NCBI GenBank assembly: GCA_032128875.1
Contig: JAVLKG010000007.1
Coordinates: 64,001-128,000, forward strand
Length of the DNA: 64,000 bases
From: Candidatus Melainabacteria bacterium 17Bon1m
GTDB lineage: Bacteria > Cyanobacteriota > Vampirovibrionia > Obscuribacterales > Obscuribacteraceae
Direction of reading: 5' to 3'
Shown: piece by piece, positions 27,759-37,325 of the stretch
Layout: each line of letters starts with the position of its first letter
How positions within the stretch are numbered: the stretch's first letter is position 1
Program-made: the position numbers and the translations under genes
The notes under the pieces: generated by a model
What the model was told of the DNA's origin: nothing
The model's database searches: none
Seen by the model: the letters and a program-made list of their open reading frames with translations, nothing else

Positions 27759-29613
27759 CCTGAATTATTCATGGACGGGGGATTTTGACTTCTGTGAAAT
27801 ACCCTAAGCCCGCATGCCAGCGGCTTAGTGGCGAAATGAGAGATTGATCAGAATTAAAGCAAAAAAGGCTTTTAAAGAATGGAAAAGGCTCCGAGAACAG
27901 CTCAGAATGCGTGGTTACGAAGCAACACATTTTCAGCTGGAAGGAGCCATTTCTGTGAAAAAGTCTATCGCGAATCCCCGAGTTTCACAACTGAAACTGG
28001 ATTTACTTCCGGTGAAGCCCGTAGTGTTGGGCTTTGAAGGGGAGGACGTGAGTGGAAACGGGGGGTTGCTCTTGGCTGGGCAACTGGAAAAGGCGACTGG
28101 ATTTCTAAAACAGGCAGCTGATCAGTTAGATGACCATCGTACAAGTTCGCTGATCAAGCACAATCTCTTTGAAGAAGTCGCTCAGCGGGTCTTTCAAATC
28201 GTAGCCGGTTTTGCTGCGTGTTCGGACAGCGACGTCATGCGGAATGATCCTGCACTAAAAATGGCTGTGGGACGAGATCCGCTGAGTGGGGAGGCACTCG
28301 CATCGCAGCCAAGCCACTGCCGTTTGGAAAACGGACGCACTTTTAAGGAGCTCTATCGGCTTAGCCAGTGGCTCATCGATTACTACATTCAGAGTCATCG
28401 AAAACCGCCCAAGCACTTGTTTCTGGATTTTGACGGTAGCGCGATTGAAACGCATGGAATGCAGCTAAACGCCTTCTACCGTGGCGGTCCGTACAAGAAA
28501 AACATGTATTTCCCGTTATTCGTATTTGATCAAAATGGCTGGTTGTTAGTCGCAGCCCTGCGTCCGGGAGATCAGGGTGAAATTGAATTGGCGTTACCAG
28601 TGTTGAAAAAACTAGTTAAACGATTGCGGAAAACCTGGCCCCAAGTTCGAATTACGGTGAGGGCAGATGGTGCATTCACGAGCAACGAATTCTACAAATG
28701 GATGGATGAGAACAACGTTCAGTACGTGCTCGGAATCAAAGAAAACCATGCGTTAGCAATCGAGACCAAGTACCTTCGGAGGGAGACAGAGAAAAAGTTC
28801 AAACGAAAACTAGATGAGCCGATGTTCAAAGGAAAGGCTGGAGACAAGCGGAAAAACGCGGCTCAGAAAGAATTGCGATCGATTGTTAACAAAGAGGAGC
28901 GCGGCAGGAAATTGAAGGAGTCGGAAGCCCGCCGAGTCCGATCCTTTGGAGATTTCAGATACGGTGCTAGAAGTTGGGACAAAGAAAGACGCGTAATCGC
29001 GAGATGTGATTACACTGACAAAGGGCTTGAAATGCGCTATATCGTGACGAACATTTCGCATCTGACAGCTCGAGAAATCTACGAAGACATTTATTGCAAG
29101 CGGGCCTTGGCGGAATTGGGAATCAAGAACATCAAAGAAACCAGGTGTACAAGACTTAGCTGCAGCCAGTTCAAAGCAAACATGTTTCGCCTGCTCTTGC
29201 ATGCGATGGTCTACGTGGTCATGCACCAGATTCGAATCAAACTAGCAACACCTAGAATGAGTTTTGAACAGCTTCGCCGGCGCTTTGTGAATGTCGCGCT
29301 GCGGGTGCAGGAATGCAGAAAAGAAGTTTGGGTAACAATATCCAAGAGCTATCACGCAGCAAAAGAGTTTCGACTAGTTGCAAAACGGCTTGGAATGTCA
29401 CCTCACTAAAACTGTGACTTGTATTTCTTTTGGCCGACACGCGGGCAGCCGCAATGGAAGGAAAACTATTTCCGCCCGTTCCGCCTGGCGTTTCGCATGT
29501 TGAAAGGGACTTTTGCAGGGTCGGAACGCCGGTTCAAAGTGCCGAATCACTACATTGCAAGCCAATCCTCATTCAAAATCCCACCCGACAACTATATGTA
29601 TGAATAGAGCAGG
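27759..29613 (+). mobile_element. IS1380-family insertion sequence, 1855 bp
   Basis: Terminal IRs CCTGAATTATTCAT (27759-72) and ATGAATAGAGCAGG (29600-13); 4-bp GTGG duplication at 27755-58 and 29614-17. Confidence 0.9.
27955..29409 (+). CDS. IS1380-family DDE transposase
   Basis: SGNGGLLL, LASQPS..RLEN, LDFDGS, VRADGAF, YCKRALAELGIK, FKANMFRLLL; GTG 27955 with SD AAGGAG. Confidence 0.93.
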   Translation: MKKSIANPRVSQLKLDLLPVKPVVLGFEGEDVSGNGGLLLAGQLEKATGFLKQAADQLDDHRTSSLIKHNLFEEVAQRVFQIVAGFAACSDSDVMRNDPALKMAVGRDPLSGEALASQPSHCRLENGRTFKELYRLSQWLIDYYIQSHRKPPKHLFLDFDGSAIETHGMQLNAFYRGGPYKKNMYFPLFVFDQNGWLLVAALRPGDQGEIELALPVLKKLVKRLRKTWPQVRITVRADGAFTSNEFYKWMDENNVQYVLGIKENHALAIETKYLRRETEKKFKRKLDEPMFKGKAGDKRKNAAQKELRSIVNKEERGRKLKESEARRVRSFGDFRYGARSWDKERRVIARCDYTDKGLEMRYIVTNISHLTAREIYEDIYCKRALAELGIKNIKETRCTRLSCSQFKANMFRLLLHAMVYVVMHQIRIKLATPRMSFEQLRRRFVNVALRVQECRKEVWVTISKSYHAAKEFRLVAKRLGMSPH

Positions 29614-29621
29614 GTGGAAAA

Positions 29622-29667
29622 CGAGAAAAGAGAGGAGGAGAAAAATTTCTCCCCCTCTCCTTCTCGC
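29622..29667 (-). terminator. Terminator-like hairpin downstream of DUF4139-like gene
   Basis: CGAGAA..GAGAGG.GGAGAAA / TTTCTCC.CCTCTC..TTCTCG inverted repeat, followed by T-run on minus strand. Confidence 0.65.
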
Positions 29668-29737
29668 GCACGTTATCTAATCAACAACCGATGCGAAACG
29701 GCTGCTGGTTAGGTTGGTGCCTGAGCCGATGAGCGGC

Positions 29738-31390
29738 TTAGTTGATCTTCCAGCGGATGCCGTAGCCGATGGTGACCTGGCCGTTGGCCGGGACGTCGAC
29801 GGTGAAGGTGCCGCTGTTCTCGCTGTCGGTGATCAGCTCGTGGGTCTTGTCGAGGAAGCTGTAGCCGTGCGGCAACTGCTCCTGGACGATGACCTGGACC
29901 GGCGTGTCCTTGAAGTTGTAGACCGTGATCTCGCGCTGCTCCTCGCGGAAGCGCGGCTTCGGCTCCTTCTTCGCCTGCTTACCGGCGCCTTCGGCGACTT
30001 CCTGACGCCGACGCGCATGCTCACCGGGAGTGCCGACGCGCGGGCCGCCCTGGACGGACATACCCATGGTCATGCGCGGACCACCTTCGAAACCGCCTTC
30101 AAAACCGCCTTCGCTGGCGACTTCGTGCTGCGGATAGACGTGGCCGCCCTCCGGAACCGGCTCGACCACGGGCTCCTTCTCCTCGGGGTCCTGATGGAAG
30201 GACACCAGGCGGCGCGCACCCTTCACGTCGGACGACGGAGTGGTGAGCTCGAGCTTGAACGCCTCGCCCTTGGCGACGGCGCCGATGTGGAGCTGCGGGT
30301 CGGTCTTCTGGTACTTGCCGGTGGAATCCGGCTGGAAGACAGCGACTTCGCCGGCGGGAAGAGCGATGCCGAGGTTGTTGTCCTTGTCGTTGCGCAGACG
30401 CAGACGCACGAAGACGGGCAGCTTGCGGTCGTCTTCCTCGTTGGCGGCGAGCTGGTAGTGGTAGGCAGCCGGCAGGTAGAACTCGGCCTTCACCGGCACG
30501 TCCTTGGCGACGACCAGGTAGGGGCGCTTCGTCTCGCCGTTCTTCAGCGTCAGCTTCTCGGGCAGAACGTAGATCTTCTGTTCGCCGACGGAACCGACTT
30601 CGGCGTTGTCCGCGTAGTCAGCGGCACCGCCGAAGGAAGCCGCGGCAGCCATCGGCTGCATGGCGGACTCGAGGCCTTGAGCGCGCATGCGGCCGCGGCC
30701 ACCACCACGCGAGGTGTTGTGCGCAGCCAGCAGCTTCAGCTGGGCGTCATCGAAGTCGGCGCCGGTCTGGTTGGTCAGCTTGACGCGGCAGCGCAGCTTG
30801 GTCACGGTACCGGTCTTGTCGTCGTAGAACACCGCGTAACGCGGCGCCCACGAGAGACCGCCGGTCTCGTACATGGAATTGAGCAGGTAGACGCCGGATT
30901 CGGCAGTCGTGGGCTCGAGCGAGAGCGACGGAGTGGCGCTCAGGCCATCGGGGATCGATTCGAGCTCGAACTTCTGCGTGAGCGGAAGCACCTGGATGCC
31001 GTTGGCGTCCTCGATGACGAGCTGGTTGCCGAGCACGAAGCGAAGCGTGCCGGTGGTGCGAATCTGACCCTGAGAGGTCTGCTCGAGAAGCGTGATCTTG
31101 CGGCCGACCGCCTTCTGCAGCAGAGCTGCCGAGGAGAGGTTCGCCGGCTTGAAGCTGTCGGGACCGAGCTTGAAAGCACCGGGGCCGGAGACGTCGGAGA
31201 CCTCGAAGGAGTCCTCGACGAAGTTCTGGGGCAGTCCCTCGAGCTGGATGGTCACCTTGCCCTTGGGCAGCTCGACCTCGCGCGACTCGTGGACGACGGC
31301 ATCACCGGATTGGTAGACGGTGAGTTCGACAGACGTGGGCTTCTCGGAACGGACGACCTGTCCGTCATTCTTCGTAAGCGAAGTGCTCAT
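29738..31390 (-). CDS. DUF4139/DUF4140-like domain protein
   Basis: VELTVYQSGDAVVHESREVELPKG, YETGGLSWAPRY, NQTGADFDDAQLKLLA, LGIALPAGEVAVF; ATG 31390. Confidence 0.82.
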   Translation of the reverse strand: MSTSLTKNDGQVVRSEKPTSVELTVYQSGDAVVHESREVELPKGKVTIQLEGLPQNFVEDSFEVSDVSGPGAFKLGPDSFKPANLSSAALLQKAVGRKITLLEQTSQGQIRTTGTLRFVLGNQLVIEDANGIQVLPLTQKFELESIPDGLSATPSLSLEPTTAESGVYLLNSMYETGGLSWAPRYAVFYDDKTGTVTKLRCRVKLTNQTGADFDDAQLKLLAAHNTSRGGGRGRMRAQGLESAMQPMAAAASFGGAADYADNAEVGSVGEQKIYVLPEKLTLKNGETKRPYLVVAKDVPVKAEFYLPAAYHYQLAANEEDDRKLPVFVRLRLRNDKDNNLGIALPAGEVAVFQPDSTGKYQKTDPQLHIGAVAKGEAFKLELTTPSSDVKGARRLVSFHQDPEEKEPVVEPVPEGGHVYPQHEVASEGGFEGGFEGGPRMTMGMSVQGGPRVGTPGEHARRRQEVAEGAGKQAKKEPKPRFREEQREITVYNFKDTPVQVIVQEQLPHGYSFLDKTHELITDSENSGTFTVDVPANGQVTIGYGIRWKIN

Positions 31391-31650
31391 GTGTTTACTT
31401 TTCCTTGCTTGCAGAGTGGACGTCTCCACTCAGGCTGGACCTTGGGTGTGACTTGCAGAATCGCAAGCCGGTGTAGGGAAGCAAGAATGCCTGACCACCC
31501 GCCTCGTAACACTCTCTCCGACCACGTGTTGCAAACCGACATGTGACATCCCTAGCCACCCTTGGGTGGGTTGGATGTTTATCGAGTTCAACTGCGCTGG
31601 AAAAGAGTGTCGGGTGGTATCAGGCAAAAATAGATGGGAATACGAGGTAC
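31391..31650 (-). promoter_or_regulatory. Highly structured 5' leader (two multi-branched domains)
   Basis: Stems 31488-31501/31611-31626 and 31404-31410/31479-31485 enclosing nested hairpins. Confidence 0.55.
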
Positions 31651-32056
31651 GCCCACCCTAACAATCGCGATGATTCAGTTGCCATGGAGAAACGTCCAAT
31701 GTTTTACAAACGGCAATCATAAGAAGCGCACGGGCACCCGCAAATCTAATGATCACGGCATCAGCACGTGGAGTTGATTCCAAGAGGTGCGACAAATTTA
31801 GGTTTTCGCAATTGCCAAGCGATCGCGCGAGATACGAAAGGATGATGCAAAGCAGCACATACTGGTATGAGACGCGGCAATACCGGTCTGGCTGCAAAGT
31901 GCTAGCGCAAACTTTTGCACCGGCCGCGCACTTTCACGTCAAGTTCACGAAGCCTGCTGTTATATAGTCCTGTCAGCCCCTTCGATTTGGCAGCCCTATA
32001 TCCGACCAGACCATTTGTCTGGTCTCCTGCCACGCCGTTACTAAGACAACACTTGC

Positions 32057-32557
32057 ATGACAGCCCCCCAAGCCCCACTTGCACCGCCACCCCCATTGGC
32101 GAGTTTGAACGAAGACCAGTCGAGATCGACTGCAGGTCTTGATTCACCGCCTCTTCAAACAGAAGAAAACAGATTGAACGGCGCCGATGTCCTGGCCGGA
32201 CTCAATCAAAATGCGCCTCCCGATGAATATTGGGAAGACGAAATTCCTCGCGAGGACGCAGCAGCAACCAGTGACGCTGCGCTAGAAGCCACTCCTGAAG
32301 CCGATTCAAAACCAAAGAAATACGATTTCTTCGGTCATGTCCATGACATTGCTTACAGCGCAAACGCAGAAAAGACAGGCCCGGACTTCAAAGCGATGGA
32401 AAGGGAAATGGTCGACAAAAACCTGCTGCCGGTTTTTGCAATTTCAGAAAGTTTTTCCCCACCGCCTCTTTTCGCTTTAAACAGTGGACAAGACAGGACT
32501 CAAAAGTCGCTCAATCACTACCGCGACAAATATTTTGAACTGAAAGCACAAGCCTAG
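32057..32557 (+). CDS. Hypothetical acidic, Pro-rich protein
   Basis: 166-aa ORF filling the space before a convergent gene. Confidence 0.6.
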   Translation: MTAPQAPLAPPPPLASLNEDQSRSTAGLDSPPLQTEENRLNGADVLAGLNQNAPPDEYWEDEIPREDAAATSDAALEATPEADSKPKKYDFFGHVHDIAYSANAEKTGPDFKAMEREMVDKNLLPVFAISESFSPPPLFALNSGQDRTQKSLNHYRDKYFELKAQA

Positions 32558-32625
32558 TATAAAAAACGGAAGAGTGCCGCGCCACCATCTGCGGTGCACG
32601 ACCTGCAGGTAATGGCGGAAAAACC

Positions 32626-33417
32626 CTAACGTTTTACAGCCTTGAGAATGAGCTTATCGTCTGTGTAGGAGATGGGTTTTCCATCTTTGATTTCAATTGC
32701 ATAGTGCTCTTTCGCTACATCAGGAGCCTGTAAAAACATTGCGCGCACTTGCTCTTTCAATTCAGACGAACAACCGGAATTGGACATCCACTCTTCGATG
32801 CTATGCGTTTTTCGATAGAGTTCGCTGCGCACAACACGCAGCCCAGAATGAATCAACATGCGCCGCCACTCTCGTTTTGTGTAAGCGCGAATGTGGGTAG
32901 GATCGCGCAGCTTCTCCAACGAATTGACGAATCTGTCGAGCCGCTTCGATTGCGGAGAGATACTGTCTTCAAGGATAAACGCGCCACCAGGCTTAAGCAC
33001 ACGCGCAATCTCGTCGACCGCCTTCTGGATGTCCAGAAAGTGATGAGGCGCAATTCGGCAGGTCACAGCGTCGAATGTGTTGTCTGAAAAGTTAAGCGCT
33101 TCTACATCGACAACTACCGCATCTGTGTTGGATAGCCCCTTTGAAGCAAACAGCTTCTTTGTCTGCTCAATCATCTCCGGCGAAAGATCCGAGGCTGTCA
33201 CATGTTCGACATTAGGTGCAATCGTGGCTGCTGTATGTCCAGCACCGGTTGCAACATCTAAAACACGCATGTGGGGCTGCGCTTCCAGATAAGCGAGGAC
33301 AATCTGAAGATCGGAACCCAGTGCGTGAGTCTTACTCATCGCATATTTTTCGGCGTTTGAGCCAAACTGGCGTTTTACATCATCTTTAGTGGTAGTCATG
33401 TGCGCCCCCAATTCCAT
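32626..33417 (-). CDS. Class I SAM-dependent methyltransferase
   Basis: VLDVATGAGH, FDAVTCRIAPHHF, RVLKPGG, LRDPTH. Confidence 0.92.
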   Translation of the reverse strand: MELGAHMTTTKDDVKRQFGSNAEKYAMSKTHALGSDLQIVLAYLEAQPHMRVLDVATGAGHTAATIAPNVEHVTASDLSPEMIEQTKKLFASKGLSNTDAVVVDVEALNFSDNTFDAVTCRIAPHHFLDIQKAVDEIARVLKPGGAFILEDSISPQSKRLDRFVNSLEKLRDPTHIRAYTKREWRRMLIHSGLRVVRSELYRKTHSIEEWMSNSGCSSELKEQVRAMFLQAPDVAKEHYAIEIKDGKPISYTDDKLILKAVKR

Positions 33418-33456
33418 ATTGAAAGGATAGCTGATTGTTGCAAGTAGTCGTGGCCG

Positions 33457-33506
33457 CAGGGGAGGCGCATGCGCCTCCCTGAGCAGGAGACTGCACGCGG
33501 CGCTCT
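33457..33506. repeat. REP-like palindrome
   Basis: GGGAGGCGCATGCGCCTCCC plus degenerate partner. Confidence 0.65.
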
Positions 33507-33564
33507 ATTCCGCAAAATTCAGCACCTGTTACGAGTTTCTATAGTATCAATCATGCCAAAGCAG

Positions 33565-33601
33565 AAAAGCGGGAGAGAGTATTGAGCACTCTCCCCCGTT
33601 T
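33565..33601 (-). terminator. Terminator of patatin-thiolase-fadJ unit
   Basis: CGGGAGAGAGT-loop-ACTCTCCCCCG inverted repeat, followed by T-run on minus strand. Confidence 0.7.
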
Positions 33602-33671
33602 CCTGCCGGACGATGCAACGAATGTCTGTCAGAGACAGACTAGGCTGATCGACGATCAACCTAGACCTGCA

Positions 33672-35843
33672 TCAGTCCTGATAGAACGCCTGACCGCGAG
33701 CGGCCATGTCCTTGATGAGCTGGCAAGGCGCGTAGTTTTCACCCGCAACCTTGGACAGCATCTCGAGCTTCTGGTGCACGACCTTGATGCCCACGCTGTC
33801 GGCGTAGCGCAGCGGACCACCCAGGAAGGGCGGGAAGCCGGTGCCGAAGATCATGGCGAGATCGAGCGTGCGCGGATCGGACACGATGCCCGACTCCAGA
33901 ACGCGCGCCGCCTCGTTGACCATGGCGAGCGCCAGACGATCCTGAATCTCACCACGCTGCTTCTTGACCGGCTGCGCAGTGACCCAGGCCTGGACCTTCG
34001 GGTTGATGCCGGCGCGCTTGCCCTCGGCGTAGGCGTAGATGCCCTCGCCGCCCTTCTTGCCGACCAGCTTCGCCTCGTCGACCTTCTTGAGGATGGTCGG
34101 GGGGTTCAGACGGTCGCCGAAGGCGTTGTGCAGAACGCGCGCGACGTGACCGGCAACATCCAGCCCGACTTCGTCGAGCAGGGTGAGCGGACCCATCGGC
34201 ATGCCGAAGGACTGCATCGTCTTCTCGATGTCCTCAGCCGCAACGCCCTGCTCGAGCAGCCGAACGGCTTCCAGCAGGTAGGGCGTGAGGATGGCGTTGA
34301 CGATGAAGCCGGCACGGTCGAGACAGAAGACCGTGGTCTTGCCCAGCTTGAGCGAGAACTCCTGAGCCGAAGCCGCAGCCGCGTCAGAAGTGGTGTCGCC
34401 GTAGATGATCTCGACGAGAGGCATCTTGTGCACCGGGTTGAAGAAGTGCACGCCCACGACGAGTTCGGGGTTGCGAGCGCCGGACGCCATCTCGCTGATG
34501 GACAGCGAAGACGTGTTGGTCGCGAAGATGAACGGCTTCTTGATGACCTTTTCCAGGTCGGCCAGCACGATCTTCTTCACCTTCATCACTTCGACGACGG
34601 CTTCGATCACCATGTCGCAGTCAGCCATGTCGGCGTAGTCGAGCGTGCCGTGGACGGCAGCCAGACGCGAAGCACCTTCGGTGGCCGAGAGCTTCTTCTT
34701 AGCGACCAGACCATCGAACAGTCCCTTCACGGTCGCCATGCCGGCGTCCAGAGCTTCCTGTTTGATGTCCTTGAGCACGACGTCGTAGCCGGCGTAGGCA
34801 GCCGCCTGAGCGATGCCCGCGCCCATGACGCCAGCGCCGATGACGCCGACCTTCTTGATCTTGAGAGCCGGTGCCGCGTTGTTGCGCGCCTTCTTCGACT
34901 CGGTCTGAGCGAAGAAAATGTTCACCAGGTTCTTGGACACGGCGCTGACAGCCAGGCGCCCGAAAGCGCGCGACTCAGCTTCGTAGGCGCCGGCGCGATC
35001 GGCCTTGTTGCCGACTGCTTTCACGGCGACCTTCAGGGCGTCGACGGGAGCCGGGTACTTGCCGCGAGTCTCCTTCATCACACCAGCCATCGCAGCCTTG
35101 AACACAAGGGCGCGACCGGCAGCGGTGTTGGTGAGGAAGTTCTCGACGGCGCGCACCTTCATGGGCTTCACATAGCGCTTCACCTTGCCGGTGAGAGCGA
35201 TCTGCTCAGCACGCTCCAGGAGCGACGCTTCCTCGACAGTCTCGTCGACCAGACCGAGCCGCCACGCCTTGTGCGCGTCAGCGGTGGCGCCGGTCAGAAG
35301 ACCGCCCCAGCCGATGCCCTTGGGCAGGAACGGAAGGGGCGGCAGGACCGCCGAGGGAAGACCGATCAGGCGAGGCAGGCGAACGGTGCCGCCCCAGCCG
35401 GGGATGAAGCCGAGCTTCACTTCCGGCAGACCGATGGCGGTCTTGGGATGGTTGGAGGCGATGCGGTAGTGGCACGCGAGAGACATCTCGGTGCCGCCTC
35501 CGAGGCAGATGCCGTTGATGGCGACGACGACGCGGAAAGGCATCTTCTCGATCTTCGAGAAGATTTCCTTGCCGACGTTGCTCGCGTCATAGGCGGCTTT
35601 GGCGGTCTGATTCTGGACCGCCTGGATCTCTTCGATGTTAGCGCCGAACACGAAATTGTCGGGCTTACCGGAGTGGATAACCATGCCCTTAACGGCTTTG
35701 TCGCTGGCAGCCTGATCGAGACATGCGATCAGGTCCCGGAGCACCCGCTCGGACAGCAAGTTGTACTTGCTGTCCGGCAGGTCCAGGGTCACCAACGCCA
35801 CGCCGCTATTGAGCATCTTCATGGTCACAGCTGGCTTAGTCAT
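33672..35843 (-). CDS. fadJ: Fatty acid oxidation complex alpha subunit (enoyl-CoA hydratase / 3-hydroxyacyl-CoA dehydrogenase)
   Basis: CLGGGTE, GLPEVKLGFIPGWGGT, GAGVMGAGIA, IEAVVE, TNTSSL, HFFNPV, GMPMGP, GTGFPPF. Confidence 0.93.
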   Translation of the reverse strand: MTKPAVTMKMLNSGVALVTLDLPDSKYNLLSERVLRDLIACLDQAASDKAVKGMVIHSGKPDNFVFGANIEEIQAVQNQTAKAAYDASNVGKEIFSKIEKMPFRVVVAINGICLGGGTEMSLACHYRIASNHPKTAIGLPEVKLGFIPGWGGTVRLPRLIGLPSAVLPPLPFLPKGIGWGGLLTGATADAHKAWRLGLVDETVEEASLLERAEQIALTGKVKRYVKPMKVRAVENFLTNTAAGRALVFKAAMAGVMKETRGKYPAPVDALKVAVKAVGNKADRAGAYEAESRAFGRLAVSAVSKNLVNIFFAQTESKKARNNAAPALKIKKVGVIGAGVMGAGIAQAAAYAGYDVVLKDIKQEALDAGMATVKGLFDGLVAKKKLSATEGASRLAAVHGTLDYADMADCDMVIEAVVEVMKVKKIVLADLEKVIKKPFIFATNTSSLSISEMASGARNPELVVGVHFFNPVHKMPLVEIIYGDTTSDAAAASAQEFSLKLGKTTVFCLDRAGFIVNAILTPYLLEAVRLLEQGVAAEDIEKTMQSFGMPMGPLTLLDEVGLDVAGHVARVLHNAFGDRLNPPTILKKVDEAKLVGKKGGEGIYAYAEGKRAGINPKVQAWVTAQPVKKQRGEIQDRLALAMVNEAARVLESGIVSDPRTLDLAMIFGTGFPPFLGGPLRYADSVGIKVVHQKLEMLSKVAGENYAPCQLIKDMAARGQAFYQD

Positions 35844-35913
35844 AGGTTCCTCGTTTTTGTTTTGGAACTTGGAAGTAGGGAACGAGTTTGCAACTCAACG
35901 AGTGATGAGATGC

Positions 35914-37164
35914 TCACGCCGACGGGTTTTCGATCAGGGTCGCGATGCCCATACCGCCGCCGATGCAGAGTGCAGCGATGCCGCGCTTCTTGCCCTGACG
36001 CTTCAGCTCGTGAGCGAGCGTCAGCAGAACGCGAGCGCCGGACATGCCGATCGGGTGACCGAGGGCGATGGCGCCACCGTTCACGTTGACCTTGTTGCGG
36101 TCCAGACCAAGCAGCTTCTCGCAGGCCAGGTACTGGGCGGCGAAGGCTTCGTTGATCTCGATGAGGTCGATGTCGGCGATGGTCAGATTGTTCGCGGCGA
36201 GAAGCTTGTTGATGGCTTCCACCGGACCAATGCCCATCTGTTCGTGGTCGACGCCGGCAACCGCGTGGTCGACGAGCAGCGCGAGCGGCTCGACGCCAAG
36301 CTCGGCAACCTTCTCGTCAGACGCGACCAGCAGCGCGCAGGCACCGTCATTGATACCAGAGCTATTGCCAGCGGTGATGTCCTGAGTCTTCAGAACACCG
36401 CCCAGGCTGTTGAGCTTCTCCAGGGTGGTGCCACCCGGATTGCGCTCGGACTTGACGCCGCGAGCGTGCTCGTCACGGCTGAAGAAGCCGCGGCCGGTCT
36501 CGATGGGCTCAATTTCCACATCGAAGCGTCCGGACGTGATGGCCGCATGCGCGCGCTCCTGAGAGCGATACGCGTAGGCATCGGCGTCTGCACGCGCGAT
36601 CTGATAGGTGTTGGCCAGGCGCTGAGCCGTGCCGGACATGTAGACGGTCTTCATGTCCCAGATGAGCTTCAGAGGCGCCAGACCGTTGTCGGCCAGCGCG
36701 ATGACAGGGCGGGGGCCCTGCGGCTTGATCCACTTGCTGAACCACTTCACGATGGGTCCAGACCAGCGGAGGCTGCCGGGGAGTTGGTAAGGGATGGTGG
36801 ACATGGACTCGGCGCCGACGGCAAGCACGAGGTCAGCCTTTCCCAGCCAGATCTTTTCAGCGGCGTTGTTCGCGGCTTCCATGCCGGAACCACACTGACG
36901 CTGAACAGTCACAGCGGGAACGGAGTCAGGCACGCCCGCGAGCTGCGCAGAGACACGACCAGTGTTGGGCGTGTAGGACGACTGGTAGCCGTGACCCATG
37001 ATCACCGCGTCCACTGCGGACGGGTTGACCTTGGACCGGCGCAGAACGCCCTTGATCACATGCGCTGCAAGCGTGTCGACAGTGACCGATCGCAGAGATT
37101 TGCCGAACGAGCCAATCGGAGTCCGAACACCAGAGATGAGCCAGGCATTTTTCTTGGCTGTCAT
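35914..37164 (-). CDS. Acetyl-CoA C-acyltransferase (thiolase, FadA/FadI-like)
   Basis: RTPIG, QRQCGSG, NDGA, NEAFA, GHPIGMSG, CIGGG; SD AGGAG before ATG 37164. Confidence 0.95.
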   Translation of the reverse strand: MTAKKNAWLISGVRTPIGSFGKSLRSVTVDTLAAHVIKGVLRRSKVNPSAVDAVIMGHGYQSSYTPNTGRVSAQLAGVPDSVPAVTVQRQCGSGMEAANNAAEKIWLGKADLVLAVGAESMSTIPYQLPGSLRWSGPIVKWFSKWIKPQGPRPVIALADNGLAPLKLIWDMKTVYMSGTAQRLANTYQIARADADAYAYRSQERAHAAITSGRFDVEIEPIETGRGFFSRDEHARGVKSERNPGGTTLEKLNSLGGVLKTQDITAGNSSGINDGACALLVASDEKVAELGVEPLALLVDHAVAGVDHEQMGIGPVEAINKLLAANNLTIADIDLIEINEAFAAQYLACEKLLGLDRNKVNVNGGAIALGHPIGMSGARVLLTLAHELKRQGKKRGIAALCIGGGMGIATLIENPSA

Positions 37165-37325
37165 TGTTTTTCTCCTAGTAGACTCTTGCAGGAGGGCACC
37201 CGTGACAACGAGTCGCCGAGCGCCCTCCAGCAGGTTTGCCAAGCGAAGAAGTCGCTTGACTGATTTAGCTTAGCAGTAACGAGATCGCCTTGGTGTGCGT
37301 TTGAACCAGACCTTTCGGCTAGTTC

